The notes under the pieces were generated by a model, which ran no database searches, was not told the DNA's origin, and worked only from the letters and a program-made list of their open reading frames with translations. A program made the translations under genes and the position numbers. A stretch of DNA of 64,000 nucleotides from an uncultured delta proteobacterium (lineage in GTDB: Bacteria > Desulfobacterota > Syntrophia > Syntrophales > UBA5619), in contig CAWFOM010000016.1 in assembly GCA_963817385.1 (NCBI GenBank), positions 110,122-174,121 on the forward strand, in the 5' to 3' direction. Below are positions 52,681 to 63,168 of the stretch, in pieces; the stretch's first letter is position 1, and each line of letters begins with the position of its first letter.

Positions 52681-53968
52681 ATGATGCAATGGAACGGCCT
52701 GATGGTTTTTTTCCTGGCGGCATTTGTCGCCTCCTCCCTGGCGCACGGGGTGCTCAACTGGCTCAACATCCGCCATCTCCGCCGCCACGGCCGGGAGATC
52801 CCGGAGGTCTTCCGGGGGGAGATCGACGGCGAGACGCTCGCGCGGATCTCCCGCTACACGCTCGATTCCTCCCGTTTCGGAACCGTTGAGAGCCTCTTCG
52901 ACGAGGCGGTGACCCTCGCCGTCCTCCTCGGCGGCCTTCTCCCCTGGCTCCTCGGCCGCCTGCCGGCCTGGGAAGAGCACTTCATCCTGACGGGCCTCCT
53001 CTTCTTCGGCATTCTCGCCTTCTCAAGCGGCCTGATCGGCCTCCCCTTCGACCTCTACCGGACGTTCGTCATCGAGCGGCGTCACGGCTTCAGCACGATC
53101 ACCCTTCGCCTCTGGGCAATCGATCTTCTCAAGGGGTTTGCCGTCTCCGCCGTCCTGATGGGCCTTCTCCTGACCGCCTTCCTCGCCCTCCTGCGCTTTG
53201 CCCCGCATTCATGGTGGTTCTGGACCTGGATCGTCTTCGCCTCCTTCCAGGCGCTGATGATCTGGCTCTACCCGATCGTCATTGCCCCCCTGTTCAACCG
53301 GTTCGAACCGATCGTAAACGAGGACCTCACGGAGGCGATCATCACGCTCATGGCGAAGGTGGGCCTGAAGACGGAAGGGGTCTACCAGGTGGACGCGGGG
53401 AAACGGAGCCGCCACACAAACGCCTATTTCACGGGACTCGGCAAAACGAAACGAATCGTCCTGTTCGACACGCTGATCGCCTCCCACACCGCGGATGAGA
53501 TCATCGCCGTCCTCGCCCACGAGATCGGCCACTGGAAGAAGCGGCACATCCTCAAGCAGCTCCTCTTCATGGAGGCGGCCTCGTTTGTCGTTCTCTGGAT
53601 CGCCTCGCACCTGATCGCCTGGCCGCTTCTCTACTGAGACATTCGGTTTCGCCCGCCCCGTCCCCTTCGCCGGCCTGCTCCTTTCCGCCGCCCTCTTCGG
53701 TCCCCTGACGATCCTCCTCACCCCCGCCGTCTCGGCAACCCAGAGGCGGTTCGAACGGGAGGCGGATGCATTCGTTTCAGGCCTCACCGGGACCACCGCC
53801 CCCCTCGTGAACGCCCTCAAACGACTCGCCCGGGACAATCTCGCCAACCTCCACCCGCACCCTCTCTACGCCCGGTTTTATTATTCCCACCCGCCGCTCG
53901 CGGAACGGGTCGCCCGACTGCAGGAACGTGAAATGAGCGACAAGCACCAAGGCAATAATGCGCCTTGA
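52681..53968 (+). CDS. M48 (Ste24-like) zinc protease; +1 frameshift at ~53635
   Basis: NAYFTG, HEIGH; after one extra T the frame gives FEREAD and SHPP, with stop at 53968. Confidence 0.9.
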
Positions 53969-54055
53969 TTTTCGCGCAGGGATGATTATGATTGGAACTA
54001 TTCATATCGCGGGCGTCACCCCGTCCGCGGTCAGATCACCAACGGAGAGAATGCC

Positions 54056-54544
54056 ATGCCCATCTATGAGTTTACCTGCGAGAAATGCAACACGGTCTTC
54101 AGCTTTTTTTCCCGGAGGATTAACACGACGAAGATCCCCGCCTGCCCGAAATGCCGAAGGCCGCTGAAGCGGCAAATGTCTCTCTTCGCGAAGGTCTCCC
54201 GCGGAACCGAGGAGCCGGCAGGCGACGGCATGCCTCCGTTCGACGAGGCGAAGATGGAGAAGGCAATGGCCATGCTGGCCGGGGAGGCGGAGAAGCTTAA
54301 CGAGGACGATCCGCGTCAGGCCGCTCAGCTCATGCGGAAGCTGACCGACGCGACGGGGATGAATCTCGGCGCCGGCATGGAGGAGGCCCTCAGCCGCCTG
54401 GAAAAAGGGGAGGATCCCGACCAGATCGAGGCGGAGATGGGCGATCTTCTGGAAGGGGAAGAACCGTTCACCATCGAGGGAACGGGGAAAAAGAGCGGCC
54501 GAAAGCCGAAGCCCCGCGTAGACGAAACCCTCTACGACCTGTAG
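54056..54544 (+). CDS. FmdB-family zinc ribbon protein
   Basis: MPIYEFTCEKC..CPKC. Confidence 0.9.
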   Translation: MPIYEFTCEKCNTVFSFFSRRINTTKIPACPKCRRPLKRQMSLFAKVSRGTEEPAGDGMPPFDEAKMEKAMAMLAGEAEKLNEDDPRQAAQLMRKLTDATGMNLGAGMEEALSRLEKGEDPDQIEAEMGDLLEGEEPFTIEGTGKKSGRKPKPRVDETLYDL

Positions 54545-54741
54545 GAACGCCGCCACGTAGCGGCAATAATCGGATAACTGCGGTTTCGGGGGCGACAGAC
54601 AACGGCAGGGAGAAAAAGTGATACCGCCATTTCCACAGAGTTGAACCCTAAAATGGGTTATGGTATAAGAAGACCAATCAATTACTTTATGCATTGCAAA
54701 TTGATTCCCCAAATATAAAAAATTAAGGAGGTCCATGCGCG

Positions 54742-55101
54742 ATGTCAGAAGAAACCCCTAAAAAAGCACACGACGAAAAACATCTGGAAAAGTTGACCGT
54801 CAAGGAATTGCGGGAGATCGCCGCGGAGATTCCCCACGAAAGGGCGATCCATGACATGAAGAAGGCGGAACTCGTCGCCCTCATCAAAGAAGTTCGGGGC
54901 ATCAAGAAAGAAACACCCGTCAAGAAAAAGAAACATGTAGTCAAGCTCAAAATGACCAAACCGGAACTCAAAGCCAGAATCCGCGAACTGAAAGTCTTGA
55001 GGGGGAAGGCGCTCGAATCTCATGAAAACAAGAAAGCCGTCATGCTGCGGCATCAGATCGGTCAGTTGAAGAAAAAATCAAGACGCGTTGCCGCGGTCTG
55101 A
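54742..55101 (+). CDS. Basic protein with Rho N-terminal-like domain
   Basis: LEKLTVKELREIA..MKKAELV; lysine-rich; AAGGAGG RBS. Confidence 0.8.
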   Translation: MSEETPKKAHDEKHLEKLTVKELREIAAEIPHERAIHDMKKAELVALIKEVRGIKKETPVKKKKHVVKLKMTKPELKARIRELKVLRGKALESHENKKAVMLRHQIGQLKKKSRRVAAV

Positions 55102-55129
55102 ACTGGGGAATCGGCTGAACGCATAGGTT

Positions 55130-56314
55130 CTAAATATCGCCTTCCGATTTCAACGCGGTGATCTCTCCAGGGGTATAGCCCAATTGGGAGAGGATGCTTA
55201 TCGTATCCTGACCCAAAAGCGGCGGCGCACTCTGAGCGGCAAGAGGTGTCAGCGACGCCTTGATGGAGGGTCCCGCCATCCTGATCCTTCCCGCTTTCTC
55301 GTGATCAAGTTCTATGATCATCTCCCGGGCTTGTACCTGCGGAGACTCGACGAGTTCCTTGACATTGTTGATCGGACCGCAGGGAATGTTATGCCGCTCG
55401 AATAACTCGATCCAGTATTCTTTGGGCTTTTCCGCGAATATGTTCCCGAACAATTCATTGATGGCCGCTACATTCCTGACCCGGTCGCGTTTCGTCAGAA
55501 ACCGCTCATCGGTTTTTACGTTCGGCAATCCTACGGCGTCGCAGAGATTGCCGAATTGTTGATCGGTGCTGGCCGTGAGCGTGAAATATCCGGTTGCGGA
55601 CTTGAATGCCTGGAAGGGCGCTATGGAGGGATGTCGATTCCCGAGCGGCCCGGGTATTTCTCCCGTGGCAAAGTAGCGGGCAATGGCGTTTTCCATCAGC
55701 GCCACCTGACAGTCAAACATCGAAACATCGAGATACTGTCCCTTACCCATTTTGTCGCGCACGCGCAGGGCCCCGGCGATGGCAAGGGCGCCATAAAGTC
55801 CCGCCGATAAATCCGCAATGGAATACCCGACACGGACCGGTTCCCCGCCGGGATTCCCCGTGATGCTCATGATCCCTCCATATCCCTGAACGACCATGTC
55901 ATACGCACCCTTCTCTTTGAAGGGACCGGAATTTCCGAATCCGGAAATGGACGCGTATATCAGCTTGGGGTACCGTTTGGACAGCGTCTCGTAATCGAAC
56001 CCCAGACGTTTCATGACGCCCGGTCTGAAGTTTTCAACCAGCACATCGGAAGTATCGGCAAGCTGAAAAAAAATTTTCTTTCCCCGCTCACTCTTCAAAT
56101 TCAGGGTAATGCTGTTCTTCCCCCGATTGAGGCTCATGAAATAGGCGCTTTGCCCATTGATGAACGGCGGATTCTGACGGGTGGGACATCCTTTGGAAGG
56201 CGGTTCTATTTTTACGACGCGCGCCCCCATATCGGACAGCATCATCGTACAAAACGGACCGGACAGAAACGTGGTGAGGTCAAGAACCTTTATATCACTG
56301 AGCATCCCTGTCAT
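55130..56314 (-). CDS. Family III CoA transferase (CaiB/Frc-like)
   Basis: GPFCTMMLSDMGA, NRGK, ENFRPG, SIADL. Confidence 0.93.
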   Translation of the reverse strand: MTGMLSDIKVLDLTTFLSGPFCTMMLSDMGARVVKIEPPSKGCPTRQNPPFINGQSAYFMSLNRGKNSITLNLKSERGKKIFFQLADTSDVLVENFRPGVMKRLGFDYETLSKRYPKLIYASISGFGNSGPFKEKGAYDMVVQGYGGIMSITGNPGGEPVRVGYSIADLSAGLYGALAIAGALRVRDKMGKGQYLDVSMFDCQVALMENAIARYFATGEIPGPLGNRHPSIAPFQAFKSATGYFTLTASTDQQFGNLCDAVGLPNVKTDERFLTKRDRVRNVAAINELFGNIFAEKPKEYWIELFERHNIPCGPINNVKELVESPQVQAREMIIELDHEKAGRIRMAGPSIKASLTPLAAQSAPPLLGQDTISILSQLGYTPGEITALKSEGDI

Positions 56315-56322
56315 GTTTTTCC

Positions 56323-56964
56323 TTACCTTGGTTGAACAGGCGCTTGCACGGCCAGCAGCCCCTCCGGCGTATCGACGAGGAAGTCGGGGTGAACCGCGGC
56401 GAGCCGCTCCCGGTTGTGCCAGCCCCAGGTAACCGCCACCGACCTTACTCCGGCGGCCCGGGCCTCCACGATGTCCCCGGCGGTGTCTCCGATGTAGAAG
56501 GCCCGCTCCCCGGGGATCCCGTATTTCTCCAGGGCATATACGATCTTTTCCTTCTTGCTGAAACGAAAATCGGCGCCGAAGATCTCCCGGAAATAGGGGG
56601 CAAAGCCGAAACTCTCGAGCATCCCCTGGATGGTCCGGTATCTGTTGGAGGAGATGACCGCCAGGATGTGATCCTTCACCAGGACCGCAAGCACGGGGAT
56701 CAGGCCGTCGTATGGCTTCATAGCGCCATAATCGATCCGCGGGAGGATCTCTCGGGCGGCATCGGCGTACGCGGCGAGATCGACCCCTCGCGCCGCCATC
56801 GACTCGTAGAAATTTCCATCAAAAAGGGCGAGGTAATCCTCTTTGCTCTTCACGATCGGCGTGCCGATTTGCTCCAGGCATCGCGCCACCACCTCCGCAT
56901 AGAGGTCGAGTGAATCCACCAGCACACCATCGAAATCAAACAGAAGCAGGGTTTTCATCCCCAT
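56323..56964 (-). CDS. HAD-family phosphatase
   Basis: FDFDGVLVDS, YIGD..D. Confidence 0.92.
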   Translation of the reverse strand: MGMKTLLLFDFDGVLVDSLDLYAEVVARCLEQIGTPIVKSKEDYLALFDGNFYESMAARGVDLAAYADAAREILPRIDYGAMKPYDGLIPVLAVLVKDHILAVISSNRYRTIQGMLESFGFAPYFREIFGADFRFSKKEKIVYALEKYGIPGERAFYIGDTAGDIVEARAAGVRSVAVTWGWHNRERLAAVHPDFLVDTPEGLLAVQAPVQPR

Positions 56965-57252
56965 TCTCTCTCCGCCCGCCCCATCACGGACACCGATGAG
57001 TTATACCGGAGCAATCACTGCAATGCAAGGCTTTATCCCCCGCTTCGCATCGCCGCCGAACGGATGGGCATACTGCGCGAACCGCCCCGAGGCAGGCCGC
57101 GGGGTACGTGCTCGCGGGCTGATTCGATGCTGAAGACGGCAGGATCCATGGCGGCGATAGGGTCCGGAGAAACTTGTTGACATACAAGACTGCGCTTTGT
57201 ATCTTTCCAATGCGCATACCATGTTCCTGCAAGGCTCAACGATTATTCCCCT

Positions 57253-58140
57253 ATGAGGACCCTTATGGATCAGCTTCGCCCGTACCGTTCTTACGTAAGC
57301 TACATCGATCGCAGCAGGGAGTACTACGCCGCCCAGGGTTACACCAAGCCATACGCATGGCCCCACTATGACGACGTCCCCTTCACCCCGCTGAAAAAGC
57401 CGCTTGCCGAGTGCCGGGTGGGATTGGTGACGACCGCGGGGAAACCGCAGGCGGGCGGGCCCGCGTTTCTCCTGTCGGTGCGGGAGTTGTATGCGGAATC
57501 CGCGAAGCCGGCGCCGACGCGTATGTTTACGGGTGATCTGTTTTGGGATAAGGAAGCGACCAACACCGACGACGTCGATAGTTTTCTGCCGGTGAACCGC
57601 TTGGCCGAGTATGCCGCCGGCCGCCGCATCGGGTCGGCGTCGCCCCGCTTCTACGGTGTACCCACCGACTACAGCCAGGGCAGGACAATTGAGCACGCCG
57701 CCCCCCGGATCCTCGAATGGTGCCGCGAGGACGGCCTCGACGCCGTGCTCCTCGCGGGGCTTTGACCGGTTTGCCACCAGACCGTGAGTCTGGTATCGCG
57801 TCACCTGGAGGCCAACGGCCTGCCGACGGCGGTCATGGGCAGCGCGCGGGACATTGTCGAAGAGTGCGGGGTCGCCCGCTTCGTCTTCACCGACTTTCCC
57901 CTGGGAAATCCCTGCGGTCGCCCCTGGGACGCCGGGATGCAGCGCGCGATCGTGGGAAGCGCCCTGACTCTCTTGGAGCGGGCTTGGATGCCGCGTACCA
58001 CGGTCCAGACACCGTTTCGCTGGGAAAACGATGCGTGGCGCGACGCATTCATGCGCGTCGACGCAGGCAATCGCGAGACGCTTGCCCGGCAGGGGGAGGA
58101 GCGTCGACGCCGCCAAGCTGAGGCGAAGACGGGCCGATAA
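57253..58140 (+). CDS. GrdB/PrdB-family selenoprotein; Sec at UGA 57763-57765
   Basis: FTPLKKPL..RVGLVTTAG and D.D...P..RL motifs; in-frame read-through gives DAVLLAGL-U-PVCHQTVSLVSRHLEANG. Confidence 0.9.
57776..57794 (+). promoter_or_regulatory. Putative bacterial SECIS hairpin
   Basis: ACCAGAC-CGTGA-GTCTGGT starting 11 nt after the UGA; G at loop position 2. Confidence 0.7.
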
Positions 58141-58143
58141 CCC

Positions 58144-58617
58144 ATGAAGACACTCAATCCCGAATACGTCAAGCGCGTCAATCAATTGATAAACGACAGC
58201 CCGTATTTCAAACTGCTGTCGATGACCATCGGCAGCGCAGGGATCGGCTTCAGCCTGCTGGAAATCGATCTGGCCCGGAAGCACCTGCAGCCGTTCGGCT
58301 TCGTTCACGGCGGGGTTTTCGCATCGATTATCGATGCCGCCGCGTTCTGGGCGCTGTTTTACGAGATTGAAGACCAGAACGCCGGCGCCACCTCCGTCGA
58401 TCTGAAACTGAACTATCTTGCGCCGGCGGCATCGGGCAAACTCATCGCCAAAGGGCGTCGGATCAAGCTGGGCAAGACGCTGGGATATGCCGATGTTACC
58501 GTAACCGATGAGCACGGCAAACTCCTTGCCCATGGAACCTCGACTCTCATGATCCTGCCCGGCAGCAACCAGCTTATGATCGACCAGCCCCTGCCGCCCA
58601 AGTTCAGCACCTCGTGA
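58144..58617 (+). CDS. PaaI-family hotdog thioesterase
   Basis: QPFGFVHGGVFASIIDAA, LKLNYLAP. Confidence 0.92.
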   Translation: MKTLNPEYVKRVNQLINDSPYFKLLSMTIGSAGIGFSLLEIDLARKHLQPFGFVHGGVFASIIDAAAFWALFYEIEDQNAGATSVDLKLNYLAPAASGKLIAKGRRIKLGKTLGYADVTVTDEHGKLLAHGTSTLMILPGSNQLMIDQPLPPKFSTS

Positions 58618-58644
58618 CCGGTTGAGGGCAGAGGAGACAGGACG

Positions 58645-59685
58645 ATGTCCGATACGCTCATGCCCTTTCAAGGCAACCTGCTCACCACCGGGATGGGCAT
58701 CCTGCCGCACAAGGAAATGGAACGGGCGCTCGCCGTGGCCATGAGCGTCGACATTCCCTTCTGGCCGCAACTGCCGAAGATGACTTATTTCGAGGATATG
58801 TACGTTCAGGCCTCGGAGAATTTCCCCGGAATCGTCGTGGAGCCGGAACATCGCAGGATCTTCTTCAGTACGGAAAATTTTTATGGCGCCCTCGAAAATA
58901 CCCTGCTGAACCTGGAAAACGAGGACTTCTTTCGCATCTCGCCGCAGTTTTCCGCCACCTATCATCGATTTTTATCGCAGGACCTATCCGCGTATGTATC
59001 GATCCGCGGCCAGTTGGAAGGCCCGGTGAGTTTCGGCCTGAATGTCCTGGACGAAAACAAAAAATCGATGATCTTCAATGACGAGGCGCGTGCACTCCTC
59101 TTTGATTTCATGGCCCGCAAGGCCAACTGCCAGCTCCGCGAGCTAAAAACGAAAAATCCCCGTGCCTTCCTCTTTATCGACGAACCGGGGCTCCAGTATC
59201 TCTTCAGCGCCCTTTCCGGCTATACCCCGGACATGGCGCGCACGGATTTCGAAGGCTTCTTTGCCCAGATCGAACATCCCCGGGGCATCCACCTCTGCGG
59301 CAATCCCGACTGGGATTTTCTGCTTAATCTCGATATCGACATCCTGTCGTTTAACGCCTACAACTGCGGGGAGATATTCGTCAAATACCGGGAGGGGATA
59401 AAGAGATTTCTCAACAGGGGTGGGATGCTCGGCTGGGGCCTGGTGCCGGCGAATACGGATGAATTCAATCAGGCATCTCCGGATGGCCTCATCCTTCATA
59501 TTGAATCACTGTGGCGGGAGTTGGAAAAGGCGGGCTTCGATCTTGAGCAGCTCCTCTCTCAAAGCATCCTTATGCCGGCGACCTGCGCACTCATGAACCT
59601 CGACGGATTTGAAACCGTGGAGGCGGCCTACGACCGCCTCAGGACAGTAGCCCATCGCCTGCAGGCAACCTATCTTCACCGGTAA
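58645..59685 (+). CDS. Core (MesB-like) methionine synthase / MetE C-terminal-like zinc enzyme
   Basis: TTGMGILPH, DIPFWPQLP..EDM, FIDEP, GIHLCG, WGLVP, PATC. Confidence 0.75.
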   Translation: MSDTLMPFQGNLLTTGMGILPHKEMERALAVAMSVDIPFWPQLPKMTYFEDMYVQASENFPGIVVEPEHRRIFFSTENFYGALENTLLNLENEDFFRISPQFSATYHRFLSQDLSAYVSIRGQLEGPVSFGLNVLDENKKSMIFNDEARALLFDFMARKANCQLRELKTKNPRAFLFIDEPGLQYLFSALSGYTPDMARTDFEGFFAQIEHPRGIHLCGNPDWDFLLNLDIDILSFNAYNCGEIFVKYREGIKRFLNRGGMLGWGLVPANTDEFNQASPDGLILHIESLWRELEKAGFDLEQLLSQSILMPATCALMNLDGFETVEAAYDRLRTVAHRLQATYLHR

Positions 59686-60113
59686 ACGCGTTCACGAGAG
59701 ACGGCCTTCACGTCCCATCTTTGGGAGCAAGGTCAGGGAAGGGTACGGGAAGATCGTCACCCTTGGGTCATTCTGGTCGACCGCACCGGTACTCTACGGC
59801 CTCGTCCGGTTGCCCGCAAGACTGTGGCGGCGAAACTGCGACGCAAAACCGGCTCTTCCTTCATCATCAAGGAGATCGAAGGCGATCATGGAAAGGAACA
59901 CGTCACCTGGATCAAATAGTTAATCCAAAGATTTTTCTCCCCGTTCTTATTCCCTACCATTTAGCTCCCATTCAACCATTATTGCTTCGTCTTCGCGGTT
60001 ATCGTATTATAAAGATATACAGAAGGATGACGCAATTTACCGGTATTGCTGTCCATGAGAACGCTGTCTTTTATTAAACGGAAGCGTTTGACGCAAAAGC
60101 AAGGAGGACTATC

Positions 60114-60800
60114 ATGAAAAAGAGAGTTATTGTTTTTGTCGCCCTGGCAATACTCGCTATCCCCGCGATCAGTTCGGCGCTGCCCCCGCGCCCCGGCCCC
60201 TACGTTTCCGGTTTCCTGGGCGTCTCTTTCCCGGTTGACATGGATGTGAATTCGACTCAATACGGCCCTGGCGCACAAACCTTCAATGACCGCGTTGAGT
60301 TCGATACCGGCATCAACATTGGCGGCGCGGGTGGTTTCGATTTCGGATTTCTCCGTATTGAAGGAGAGCTTTCGTACAAGAACGGGGAGATGTCATCGAT
60401 CACCGAGAAAATCAGCCAGACCAGGTTCGCCAATGTGGACGGCAGAGTGGGGGTGTTTGCAATCATGGGCAATGCCTTCCTGGACCTGCGCAACCCTTCC
60501 CCCGTCACCCCATACATCGGCGGCGGCGTCGGTCTTGCCACTCTGCGCCTGAGCGATACCTATGGAACAAATGCAAATACGGGATTTAGGACGAGACTGT
60601 ACGCTTCCGACGACGACACCGTTTTCGCGTACCAGGCCGGAGCCGGTCTGGAGATCGCCTTCACGCAGATGCTCTCACTGGACATCGGCTACCGCTACTT
60701 CGGCACTGCAAAGGCCAAATTCAACAGGCATGAGTTCACGGCAGCGGAGCTGAAATTCGAGAGCCATAACGCGTCGGTGGGGTTCAGGTTTAAATTCTGA
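60114..60800 (+). CDS. Outer-membrane beta-barrel protein
   Basis: Signal peptide; RIEGE, PYIGGGVG, AYQAGAG, GYRY; terminal Phe. Confidence 0.9.
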   Translation: MKKRVIVFVALAILAIPAISSALPPRPGPYVSGFLGVSFPVDMDVNSTQYGPGAQTFNDRVEFDTGINIGGAGGFDFGFLRIEGELSYKNGEMSSITEKISQTRFANVDGRVGVFAIMGNAFLDLRNPSPVTPYIGGGVGLATLRLSDTYGTNANTGFRTRLYASDDDTVFAYQAGAGLEIAFTQMLSLDIGYRYFGTAKAKFNRHEFTAAELKFESHNASVGFRFKF

Positions 60801-60864
60801 CCGTGCCCCTCCAGTGATGTTGATGGTATGGATAAATGAGGATTGCTTAGTTGATCGGTGAAGA

Positions 60865-61499
60865 CTACTTCACGGGCTGGGATACGACGAAGTGGTCCCT
60901 TCGGTTCCTGGCCAGGGCCATTTCGTCATGCCCGGGATCCAGAGGCCTCTCCTTGCCGTAGCTGATCGCCCTGATCCGCTCCTTCGAGATGCCCAAGTCC
61001 ATAAGGTATTTGGCCGCTTCATCGGCACGCTTCTGGCCGAGCGCCAGGTTATATTCCACGGTACCCCGCTCATCGCAGTGCCCTTCGATCAGGAGCTTGT
61101 ACTGGGTATACTCCAGATAGGCCCGTGCGCCCGTCTTCAGAATCGCCTGGTTCTCCGGTTTAAGGTTGTATTCATCGAAATGCGAAATGGATATCCGGGA
61201 TCTGGAGATCCTTCAGAAGCGCCACCCCTTTCTCTTCCTCTACGGATTCCCTCCGGGCACTTTCGGGCGCCTCTCCCCCTGGCTGCCTGATCTCTGAGCG
61301 TTTGCTCGCGAAGCTCCTGCTCGCGCAGCGTACTCTCCCTGGTCCCTTTGTCGTCCGTTTTGGCCTTCGCCGGGGCCTGCACCATGGGCTTCTGGTCCCC
61401 ATGGACCATTGTGTGATTCTTCACAGCGGCCTTTTTGGTACAGCCGGCAATAAATGCAACCGACAGAAATAAGACCATGACAGCTAATACCATCCTCAT
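60865..61499 (-). CDS. pal: Peptidoglycan-associated lipoprotein (two +1 frameshifts)
   Basis: IAGC lipobox; restored [39 protein letters not shown]. Confidence 0.85.
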
Positions 61500-61542
61500 C
61501 CGGTTTCTTCTCGTGAAAAATCACCTCCTTTTAAAACACTCC

Positions 61543-61854
61543 TTAACTTGCCAAGGGCCTGTTATCCCTCTCACGCTCGAAAATAATAGTGGACAGCGAC
61601 TTCGCCTGATGCAGCAGAGCGTCGACTACTGACGCCATGAGGATGTCGCCATGAAACCCGCCGACCTGCCTCTTCGCTTCTTCCAATTCCATCTCCAGTC
61701 GTATGATCTCCTCCTTCAGCGCCTTGTTCTCCGCTTCCTTCTTTGCGAAGTCGGCATAGGGTACATAACTCCCATCGCTTTCCGCATCGGGCATCTCCAA
61801 AACTATGAGATCGAATCTCCGTGTCATCTCTTCAATCGGTCGGTCCTTCTCCAT
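61543..61854 (-). CDS. Hypothetical coiled-coil protein
   Basis: AAGGAGG RBS before MEKDRP; upstream of pal on the same strand. Confidence 0.55.
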   Translation of the reverse strand: MEKDRPIEEMTRRFDLIVLEMPDAESDGSYVPYADFAKKEAENKALKEEIIRLEMELEEAKRQVGGFHGDILMASVVDALLHQAKSLSTIIFERERDNRPLAS

Positions 61855-61954
61855 ACGGCCTCCTTTTCTCAATTGCGCTCGAATAAAAAAAGCGCGCTAT
61901 TGGCCTCCCGATAAATCTTTTATGCCGGAACGGTATCGCTCGGCTCATTTACGT

Positions 61955-61970
61955 AGCACAGGGTATGCCA
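61955..61970 (-). promoter_or_regulatory. Sigma54 -24/-12 promoter
   Basis: Minus strand TGGCATACCCTGTGCT. Confidence 0.6.
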
Positions 61971-62237
61971 AGCAGGTGTCATTAGACAACTATACGTGTT
62001 TACATGATAAATCAGATCACAATGAGTTACCGGGTTGTCTTTTGGAAGGGTTATCCATACACATTATCAAGAAAAAGAAGGTATTTTCCTGCATAAAAAA
62101 CTGAACAAATCACGGGATTGACAAGATGTGCCTTTGTGTTATTTTCATTTCAAGAGTTACGTTACCCCTGTTCCGGCTCACTGTTTTCTAACATAGATCC
62201 TTTGGAATCCATAATCGAAGGGGGTCGCCAGAAACGA

Positions 62238-62981
62238 ATGATCGTCCGGGAGATCTTCTCAAAAGCTGTCCTTTCCAAATCACAAATCTACGACTACGCC
62301 ATCAATCCTTATGTGGGGTGCAGCCACTCCTGCAGATATTGCTATGCGGCGTTCATGAGGAGGTTTACCGGCCACAAGGAAAAATGGGGCGAATTCGTCG
62401 ACGTCAAGATCAACGCACCGGAACTGCTGGCCCGGGAGATCAAGAGAAAACGGATGGGCAGGGTCTGGGTAAGCGGCGTGTGCGACCCGTATCAAACGGC
62501 AGAAAAAAAGTATAAGCTTACCCGGAAGTGTCTTGAGATCCTAGCGGAAAATCAATGGCCCGTCACCATTCAGACCAAATCACCTCTGGTCTTGCGGGAT
62601 ATCGACATCCTGGAGAGATTCAACGGGATTGAAGTCGGATTTTCCATAGCCACTGCGGATGAAAAAATCCGGAAGCTCTTCGAAGCAGGAACTCCTCCGA
62701 TCAAAGAAAGGATTCATGTCCTGAATGTCCTTCATTCAAGGGGGATTCGGACGTTCGCCATGATTGCTCCCCTTCTTCCCGGAGCTGATGGTTTGCTTGA
62801 GGAGCTTTCGGGAAAGGTTGATCACGTCCTGATCGACAGGCTCAATTATTTTTATGCAAATCGGATCTATAGAGAAAACAACCTCGAATGGGCCAAGGAA
62901 AGCTCTTTTTTCATTCAGCAAGCCGTTGAATTGAAAGAAGAATTCGAACGGAAGGATATTCCTGTGCGCGTGCTGTTTTGA
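62238..62981 (+). CDS. Radical SAM protein (SplB/Rv2578c-like)
   Basis: INPYVGCSHSCRYCYA, DPYQ, TKS. Confidence 0.9.
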   Translation: MIVREIFSKAVLSKSQIYDYAINPYVGCSHSCRYCYAAFMRRFTGHKEKWGEFVDVKINAPELLAREIKRKRMGRVWVSGVCDPYQTAEKKYKLTRKCLEILAENQWPVTIQTKSPLVLRDIDILERFNGIEVGFSIATADEKIRKLFEAGTPPIKERIHVLNVLHSRGIRTFAMIAPLLPGADGLLEELSGKVDHVLIDRLNYFYANRIYRENNLEWAKESSFFIQQAVELKEEFERKDIPVRVLF

Positions 62982-63168
62982 TAGACTTTACCTCTCGATA
63001 AACCTACAGTCAATCATCATTGCCTGTTCAACATTGCGATGGGTATGGTAGTATATCAAACAAATACCGCCTTTGGATCAATCAACGCGGGGGGAAAAAG
63101 GAGAGCCCGCATCGCTGCGATACCGGTAACAGGAGATTAAATTGGGCATGGATAAGTGAGGCTGCAAA

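Noticed and set aside
53635..53637. TGA in the M48 protease as selenocysteine
   Set aside because: The conserved downstream motifs are in a different frame, so this is an indel, not read-through
56965..57250. GC-rich hairpins upstream of the selenoprotein as tRNA-Sec or a riboswitch
   Set aside because: No cloverleaf, UCA anticodon arm or recognisable aptamer consensus found by eye
57001..58965. 654-aa minus-strand ORF and other long antisense ORFs (e.g. 5128-6930, 49193-50833)
   Set aside because: Shadow ORFs of GC-rich genes with no recognisable motifs
59700..59920. Possible gene remnant (..FIIKEIEGDHGKEHVTWIK*)
   Set aside because: No start codon or recognisable family; cannot be supported
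1580..61290. Many frameshifted genes (near 1585, 1735, 2365, 9170, 11400, 12175, 17790, 18190, 50512, 53635, 61185, 61270) as pseudogenes or programmed frameshifts
   Set aside because: Those I reconstructed are single-base insertions in otherwise intact genes with no shared slippery motif, which fits long-read consensus error; read polishing would decide
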